Positions 55,801 through 64,000 of a stretch of DNA of 64,000 nucleotides are shown here, in pieces. The number at the start of each line of letters is the position of its first letter. Positions within the stretch are counted from its first letter, which is position 1. Both the position numbers and the translations under genes were made by a program. The stretch is from positions 186,001-250,000 of the forward strand of contig NW_025766981.1 of the NCBI RefSeq assembly GCF_003918875.1, given 5' to 3'. This DNA comes from Haliotis rubra (lineage: Eukaryota). The notes below the pieces were generated by a model, which saw nothing but the letters and a program-made list of their open reading frames with translations, did not search any database and was not told the DNA's origin.

Positions 55801-58310
55801 TATCAACACTTGCAATAGGTTTAGTTACAGATGTTTGTACCGTTATCAAGTACTTAGTAGGGCGTTTAGTTACAAATGTTCGTGCGGTTATCTAAGCACC
55901 TGCTAGAGGTTTGGTTTCAGATTTTAGTATCGTTATCAAGCACTTGCAAGAGGTTTAGTTACAGATGTTTGTCCCGTAATCAACACTTGCTAGAGGTTTA
56001 GTTACAGATGTTAGGACCTTTATCAACACTTGCAAGAGGTTTAGTTACAGATGTTAGTACCGTTATCAAGCACTTGCAAGAGGTTTAGTTACAGATGTTT
56101 GTACGGTTATTAACACTTGCAAGAGGTTTAGTTACAGATTTGGTACCGTTATCAACACTTGCAAGAGGTTTAGTTACAGATGTTTGTACCGTTATTAACA
56201 CTTGCTAGATGTTTAGTTACAGATGTTTGTCCCGTTATCAACACTTGCAAGAGGTTTAGTTACAGATGTTTGTACCGTTATCAAGCACTTGCAAGAGGTT
56301 TAGTTCAGATGTTTGTACCGTTATCAACACGTGCAAGAGGTTTAGTTACAGATGTTTGTACCGTTATTAACACTTGCTAGATGTTTAGTTACAGATGTTT
56401 GTACCGTTATCAAGCACTTGCAAGAGGTTTAGTTACAGATGTTTGTACCGTTATCAACACTTGCTAGAGGTTTAGTTACAGATGTTTGTACCGTTATCAA
56501 CACTTGCTAGAGGTTTAGTTACAGATGTTTGTACCGTTATCAACACTTGCAAGAGGTTTAGTTACAGATGTTTGAACCGTTATTAACACTTGCTAGATGT
56601 TTAGTTACAGATGTTTGTACCGTTATCAAGCACTTGCAAGAGGTTTAGTTACAGATGTTTGTACCGTTATCAACACTTGCTAGAAGTTTGATTACAGATG
56701 TTTGTACCGTTATCAACACTTGCAAGAGGTTTAGTTACAGATGTTTGAACCGTTATTAACACTTGCTAGAAGTTTGATTACAGATGTTTGTACCGTTATC
56801 AACACTTGCTAGAGGTTTAGTTACAGATGTTTGTACCGTTATCAAGCACTTGCTAGATGTTTAGTTACAGATGTTTGTACCGTTATCAAGCACTTGCAAG
56901 AGGTTTAGTTACAGATGTTTGTACCGTTATCAACACTTGCTAGATGTTTAGTTACAGATGTTTGTACCGTTATCAAGCACTTTGAAGAGATTTAGTTACA
57001 GATGTTTGTACCGTTATCAACACTTGCTAGATGTTTAGTTACAGATGTTTGTACCGTTATCAAGCACTTGCAAGAGGTTTAGTTACAGATGTTTGAACCG
57101 TTATTAACTCTTGCTAGAAGTTTGATTACAGATGTTTGTACCGTTATCAACACTTGCAAGAGGTTTAGTTACAGATGTTTGTACCGTTATAAACACTTGC
57201 TAGCTGTTTAGTTACAGATGTTTTGTTACGTTATCAAGCACTTGCAAGAGATTTAGTTACAGATGTTTGTACCGTTATCAACACTTGCTAGAGGTTTGAT
57301 TAAAGATGTTTGTACCGTTATCAACACTTGCAAGAGGTTTAGTTACAGATGTTTGTACCGTTATCAAGCACTTAGTAGGGGTTTAGTTACAAATGTTCGT
57401 GCGGTTATCTAAGCACCTGCTAGAGGTTTGGTTTCAGATTTTAGTAATAATAATAATAATAATAAGAGTACTTTTATAGCGCCTCATTCCCATCACCCAG
57501 GGACATGCTCTAAGCACTTGCTTCGCGTTTGGTGGATATGTCAGTACCGTTATCAAGCACTAGTTTGTTTCACACAGATGTTAGGGCCCTTATGGCGGAT
57601 TTGCTTGTCGTTTCGTACAGATGTGTGTCTATTATCAAGGACTTGACATTTCGTACATGTACGTTTAACCTTGTATATAAGGAGCCATGGTAAACTGATG
57701 GTTCTTCGTAATGCATTATGTTCACCATCCGAAACACCCAAACGTATTAATCAATTTACTGTACTTACAGGTGGCGGTTTTGGTGGAAGGGAGACGAGAA
57801 ACGACCTCCTGTCCCAGCCTGTGGCCGTGGCTGCCTACAAGTAAGTCGACGGGAGTAGATATAAATTTCATTCTACAGCCCAGACAATCCCACATCCCAC
57901 ATCCCACCCCAAAGAAATCACACATTTCATGCTCCAATTAGCAAAAACAAAGGAACCAATGACCAGAAATCAAACATCCCACATCCCACATTTCATCCTA
58001 AAATAGTCTCACAATACAGTAATTAGCTAGTAATCCCACACCAAGCTTCATTAAGTATACATGTATATATAATATAGAACAGTTAAGAAAGGATGGCATC
58101 CCACATTTCATCCTAAAATAACCTCACAATACAGTAATTAGCTAGTAATCCCACACCCAGCTTCATTGAGCGTAGTGATACACAATGTCTTCTTCATTAA
58201 GAAGTTAATGATTGATTTTAGTGAGAAAATTATTTATCATGAATGGATGCTTCCCGCTATATTTGAATTACGGTTTGCTTAGTGTCACAACAATTGGAAT
58301 GCTGACTATT

Positions 58311-58371
<61 letters not shown>

Positions 58372-61300
58372 CAGTTAAGAAAGGGCGGCATGACTGGATG
58401 ATACTCAATGCATGGTGTACTCTATATATAGAACAGCTATGAAAGGACAGCGTGACTCTCAGGGGTAAATGTTGAAAGTGGATGCATAGGCGGTGTCTAG
58501 GCGGTGTCGGCGTGTTATTTGATGAGAAACTAATTGAAACCCGCGAGGTGTTAAAGTTTCTCTGTTTGTTCTTGGCTGGGTCGAGTTTCCAAAATAGACT
58601 CAAACATCTAGCGATTTTGTTTCAAGACACATGCGCGCTCTAGTCCATCACGAGTCCATCTCGTGGTAGGAATTTCGTGCACTGTAATGAAACTGAAATT
58701 CGCCTTGTGTCATCAGCAAGAGAAACGCTGTATCACGTTCATGCATCGGTTTTCTCATTATCGTATTGTGTCAAAGTGCTGACAAGTAGCTTGATCTGTA
58801 GGTCAAGATGGTTCGCTTTGTATTACTGTCTATAGAACTGAGATGTAAAAGACCCCTCCGTGTTACGTTTCAACATTTTATCAGTAGAACTGGTGATGAA
58901 AAGAATTTGTTAGTACCGCGACAGTTCGTTTAAGTATGCATACGTGCCACATCATCAATAGCTTTTAACCTATTTAAGGGTTTGCAAAATTCGTTTACAT
59001 CTTAAAGCGCACCACTGTACGCAACGAATTTAGTTGGAATATTTCATGTAATGGTTGTTCACGTTACATTTAATGCTACAAAAACAGAGTACGAACTTAA
59101 AATTGGAAATAATATCGCCTCGGATTTTATTTTAGATTTTGAAACAGCTTCCAAATTAAAAGCGTTATTTATCAACTTTATTCGAAAATCTAAGACATAC
59201 AACGAAACCACGTGTTGTTTGTTGAGTCATGTTATAAAAAATTTCATTTCACTTTTGATCCACTGTTTGGATCACTTTCCATTCAAAACTCAGACACTAG
59301 CTCTGTTGTATTATTGGATATCGATGACATGATAACTATTGTTGGATATCTTATTAAAGCCGATGCTATTGTGGAGTTGCATCGATTCAAAGAAGAATTT
59401 AAGGATATAGGTGAGTATATTCATTATTTATATAGAGAAGATGTTTCAGTACTCTATATCTTTTTTGTTTAATTATTTTGTGCACTTTACCTCATCAAAA
59501 GGACTATCATGTACAGGTATCCTCAATGTTTCCACTCTTATTGAAATTTGTTATTATGTGAGTGCTGTATCAAGTGATAGGTTGTTAGATAGAATTATAG
59601 CAGTTAGGCTAAAACGAGAATGGTATTCGTTTGGAACGTACATTGTCTTTATACATATGCGATAGTGAGTTCACTAGCAAACTGAGGGAGATTTTGTTGC
59701 TAACAATAAATTTTAAGCCGCGTGTTTAATGATCTGTTGAAAAGCTGCAGAACCTAACACGCTAGTACTTTGTATCAACTTCGATCATCACATATGTTAT
59801 CACAATCACGTATTATCTATCATGTGATACAGATTACTTTATCTGTCTGATAAGTGGTTTATAATTATGTTCATGCGATTGTCTTGAACAAAGGTGATAT
59901 TCACGAATTTATACATCTTGATAGGTGTAATAAACCGCTCAGATAATGATCTTGTGTACCGTATTCTAGTCGAGTATGAACAACTATTAAGAATTTCTAC
60001 TGAGAACGAGAAAATTCACAAAAATTTCTTGCTCTCACACTTTTAATATCACCCACATCGCGATAGTGTAGGATAAATTTCATATTTATTGCTATATAAT
60101 ATTATTGCTAAGATGCGGGAAAATACCGCTGTGAACTTAGGGTTAATATATTGTAACAGGCTACCGTCTACATTAAAATAAATTCATGCGTATTACTTTA
60201 AGGTGTTAAGAGTTAAAGTTCCTTTGACAATATCTCATCAATATCGTACCTAAACACATTGTTTAACTAATGTAATTTAAAACTTATTCTGCACAAGCTT
60301 TAAAATATATGTACGTTTAAAATGAGTACTACTAGCATCATAATGTCTTATTAAGATGGACAGCATCTCTGTAGTTATTCTGTGAAGTAATCTAAAACGA
60401 TATATGAATGGTGCTTGCGAGATGTTTCTCCGAGGAAACACGTGATCACCCAACTCACACAGCNNNNNNNNNNNNNNNNNNNNNNNNNNNNNNNNNNNNN
60501 NNNNNNNNNNNNNNNNNNNNNNNNNNNNNNNNNNNNNNNNNNNNNNNNNNNNNNNNNNNNNNNNNNNNNNNNNNNNNNNNNNNNNNNNNNNNNNNNNNNN
60601 NNNNNNNNNNNNNNNNNNNNNNNNCCACTCACGACAGGATACACGCCAGAAATGAATAGTATTGATATAATTTATCATTCGGATGGAGAGTGGAGTTTGA
60701 AAATTTCTGAAAAACGTCACCATTTGAAACTATTATCTTAAATAAATTTTCTGCCGAAATCGTTTACAATTATTTAGGAAAATATTTTGAAACGAGCAAG
60801 AGTAAGTGAGGTTGTCACTATTGGTATAAGTTTAAAAAAAATTATTTCCAAAATTTTCCAAAAAACATTTTTCTGGTGTTGTCCTATTGTGCCACGGAGG
60901 TTTAACATTTATCTTAGGATGAAATGTGGGATGTGGGATTTCTGGTCATTGGATCCTTTGTTTTTGCTAATTGGAGCATAAAATGTGTGATTTTTAGGGG
61001 GTGGGATGTGGGATTACCTGTGCTGTAGAATGAAATTTATATGTACTGACGGGGTAGCTAGTGGTTAAAGCGTTCGCTCGACACTCCGAAGATCCGGGTT
61101 CGAGTCCCCACATGGGTGCAATGTGTGAAGCCCATTTCTGGTGTCCCCCGCCGTGATATTGCTGGAATATTGCTATAAGCAGCGTAAAACTAAACTCACT
61201 CACTCACTTTCAGTAAGTCGATGCATGTTCGACCCAACCTGAAATGTATGCGTGAATAAAGGAAACATCACGTTACACAAGCATTTGCAGCCATATTGAG

Positions 61301-63896
61301 GGGAGGGCCGTCTAGAATGAGCTTCTCATGCTACTCCCGATGTGATCGAACCTGAGGCTTCGGTTTGACAAGTAAACGCTATGCCCACCAGGCTAAGCAA
61401 TAACATCTATGTCGCAGAGAACGTTCTGGAATGACGTCGTGTACACACTATGTTGTCGCTGCTCTAGGTACCGGCGGCCGGTGAGGTGTGTGCTGGACAG
61501 GAGAACGGACATGACCATCTCGGGGAAGGGGCCCAGGTTTCACGCCAAGTACAAAGTAAGGACATCAACATCTAATACTATAGCGCTGTTACTCTGGCAG
61601 GATCTTTAACTGCTTATTATAAAAGAGTTTATCATCTAATGGAGGGTGTTATCGTTGCAATAAAGCAATCTGATAAACTTGGTATCCAAATCTGATAACT
61701 ATGCAAATTACGTCAATCCACGAACTACTTTCACAAAACTCCATACACGCCATGCGAATCCTACAACGTTAACATTTCATTGATGACGTCGTCGCGTGTT
61801 TACATTGTTTGTAAACAAACATGGCTGTCCCCATTCTCAAAATTGGTGATTCTGTAAGAATTGATGACAGAGGTTCTGGAGTCGTTACTGCAGTAATTGA
61901 CTTTGGAAAACATGAAACGGAGTACTTCGTTGAAATTGAGATACGGATTATGAGGGACCATTGAAAGGCAATCGTCTAAGAAAGGTACCAACCAAGGATT
62001 TCGATCTATCGATCAAAATACAGACAACGAATCGGTTCCGTCAGGTATCAGAAACTGATATTGATGAGGTGATTACCCGCAATGAAAATAAAAACACTGC
62101 CAGGAAAAATCCTGCCCGATTGTGTTGTTCTTTTGAGACAGAAAGATCTTATTTTAAGCATGAGTTATGTTTGCACTGTATTAGCGACTAGTCACAACCA
62201 TATGCCGCCGCCATGAACGACCTTCACCTTAGTGTACCGCTAAGTATTCTTACGCGAATGCTCGATTCTCTTCAAATAAATTCACGTACGAGTTGCTTCT
62301 TTTTTTAGAGTAATTTTAAGAATGACATTATATGATAAAGAGATTATTAACCTCGTGTGTTTCCGTATCATTAATATCATATATTAGGAGTAAAAAATAT
62401 GTATTATGCTCGCCAAAGGCACGCATAGTACAATTTTTTATTCCTAATATATGATATTAATGGTACGGAAACACTCTCGGTTAATAATCTCTATATCGGT
62501 TGTATGTCCTTTTGTTTTCCATCCCCACCCTACCATCCTATCTGTAAAAGTCCAAAGATATACACCCAGATTATATTTTCGATTTCAGTTCAAGTTTTTG
62601 GTTTTGACTGCATCTTTCGAAATGTCAACTGTTATACTGAAGATAAGGTTTCAAATGATTCAGAATCATTCTTTAATCTTCAATGATTATCTGTTGTGTA
62701 GGGGCGGTGGGGTAGCCTAGTTGTTAAAGCGTTCGCTCGTCACGCCGAGGACCGGGGTTCGATTCCCTACATGGGTACAACGTGTGAAGCCCATTTCTGG
62801 TGTCCCCCGCCGTGCTATTGCTGGATTATTGCTAAAAGCGACGCAAACCTCAACTCACTCACTCACTCTTCAGGTCGGCTACACCAAAGACGGCCGGATC
62901 CAGAGCGTTGTCATGGACATGTACGTCGACGCTGGTCATGCTGCAGACATCGCCTATGCCGTGAGTATATATTTATTCTCCCAGAAGCTGAAAGCACCTT
63001 TCCTACGTAATGGACAAGAGTGTTCGACATCACCATCACATGTCTACCCTAGTTACGCTTCAAATGTTCACAGTTCCTGCAGATATGTGTGCTGAACTTC
63101 GAGTCAGCGTACCGTTATCCCAACTGCCGTATAACGGGGTACCTGTGTAAGACAAACACTCCTCCTAATACAGCCATCAGAGGGTTCGGTATGCCGGACT
63201 GCTTCCTGGTGTCAGAGATGATAATGACGGAGGTCGCCTGCAGACTCAACATGACTGACATTCAGGTGAGTACTTATACCATCCCTGTTCCCTCACTGGT
63301 ACCCGTGAAGATACGGGTTAGAATTGGTCTTCAGTAACCCATGCTTGCCGGAAGGGGCGACTAACGGCATCGGGTGGTCAGGCTCGCAGACTTAGTTGAC
63401 ACATCCTACCCCAATTGCGAATGTCGATGCTAATGCTGTTGATCACTGGATTGTGTGGTCTACACTTGATTATCTACAGACCGACGCTATATATCTTGAA
63501 TATTGCTGAGTGCAGCGTAAAACTAATCACACAGACACTTACACGTTCCATGCAGGGATGACAAGCATCACACTGGCATTTCTCCAGTTTGCTGACATGC
63601 TCTGGATTGTGTTCTCTTTAGCAACAAATTCTTAAAAGTAGGATGTTTAGTGTAAGTGTTATGGAAATACGAATACGATCCCCTCGCAGAACCATTTACC
63701 CGATTGTTGTTGACCCAAGCATACGATCTATATGGTACGCGTGTTTGCAGGTGCGTGAAATAAACATGTTGAGAGAGGGAGACATGACGGTGTCGTGTAT
63801 GTTGCTGGACAACTGTACGCTGTCCAGGTGTTGGAGTCAGTGTCTGGAGCAAAGTCAGTATGAAGCCCGGACAAAAATGGTGCAGGAATTTAACAG
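49830..63896 (+). CDS. Xanthine dehydrogenase/aldehyde oxidase-family molybdo-flavoenzyme, copy B (no 5' exons in window; runs off the 3' end)
   Basis: 15 intact, phase-consistent exons: 49830-49906 (WKTRSVRVLEDALRWVAAGQVRNVA), 50167-50260, 50520-50632, 50743-50933, 51343-51493, 51753-51933, 52370-52548, 53067-53186, 53783-54013, 54717-54780, 57771-57840, 61468-61555, 62874-62960, 63074-63265, 63751-63896. Same exon structure as copy A. Confidence 0.94.
52617..52833. mobile_element. hAT-like MITE
   Basis: CAGTGTT...AACGCTG ends with a perfect 8-bp TSD TTTATCAG (52609-52616, 52834-52841); a related copy lies at ~13322-13940. Confidence 0.85.
54035..54180 (-). mobile_element. SINE family A (degenerate)
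   Basis: Similar to the other family-A copies. Confidence 0.75.
54353..54600 (+). mobile_element. Family-B SINE-like repeat
   Basis: ACCGTGAAGATCCGGGTTAGAATTGG...GCGTTTAACAAC. Other copies at ~12800-12970, 16225-16385, 25790-25895, 33090-33290 and 63301-63530. Confidence 0.85.
54970..57445. repeat. 43/44-bp minisatellite (~56 copies) in a copy-B intron
   Basis: Unit TTATCAA(G)CACTTGCWAGAGGTTTAGTTACAGATGTTTGTACCG. Confidence 0.95.
57854..61047. mobile_element. Polinton/Maverick-like element (long TIRs, 6-bp TSD) spanning an assembly gap
   Basis: 5'-AGTA...TACT-3' termini; ~140-bp imperfect TIRs (57854-~58003 and ~60910-61047); perfect TSD GACGGG at 57848-57853 and 61048-61053; AT-rich interior; N-gap at 60464-60624. 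No hallmark ORF is visible. Confidence 0.7.
60464..60624. other. Assembly gap (161 N)
   Basis: Run of N. Confidence 1.
61050..61207 (+). mobile_element. SINE family A whose 5' end is interrupted by the Polinton-like element
   Basis: tRNA-like head and (ACTC)n tail; TSD AGTAAGTCGA at 57840-57849 and 61212-61221. Confidence 0.85.
61610..62492 (+). mobile_element. Crypton-like non-autonomous element with a long terminal hairpin
   Basis: The fragment RFRQVSETDIDEVITRNENKNTARK resembles Crypton N-termini; a ~150-bp hairpin lies at 62339-62491. Confidence 0.5.
62701..62868 (+). mobile_element. SINE family A abutting a copy-B splice acceptor
   Basis: Full head; the (ACTC)n tail runs directly into TTCAG|GTC at 62873/62874. 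Confidence 0.9.
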
Positions 63897-64000
63897 GTGA
63901 GTCGGACGAAGGTGTTCAACAGGTGAGTCAGACAAACGTTTTCACAGGTGAGTTTAGTAACAATTTACCAAGTATGTCAGGATTAGGGTTTTAAGAGGTG

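Overview
Repeat-rich animal genomic DNA with GT-AG introns. The SINE, Penelope and Tc1 content suggests a mollusc, possibly a gastropod (inference only). The window holds a spliced SLC46/PCFT-like MFS transporter (+, 24548-29076, first exon not pinned down). It also holds two paralogous molybdo-flavoenzyme genes of the xanthine dehydrogenase/aldehyde oxidase family that diverge head-to-head from a ~620-bp spacer at ~49.4-50.0 kb. The minus copy has 23 exons (30205-49206), runs to its stop codon, and carries two 1-bp frameshifts and a local two-exon duplication. The plus copy has 15 intact exons (49830-63896) and continues beyond the window. Neither copy has its N-terminal 2Fe-2S or early FAD exons in the window. 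Both keep the XDH Glu802 equivalent but have lost the Arg880 equivalent, and many of their amino-acid differences fall around the substrate pocket. Other notable items: a Polinton/Maverick-like element (AGT...ACT ends, ~140-bp TIRs, 6-bp TSD) spanning an assembly gap; a 3.6-kb minisatellite built from an exon end plus splice donor; a minisatellite born inside a SINE; three SINE insertions at splice sites; a Penelope-type hammerhead-like motif just 3' of the MFS gene; and many Tc1/mariner, LINE and MITE remnants. Exon boundaries were read by hand, and reference residue numbering is from memory of bovine/human XDH.
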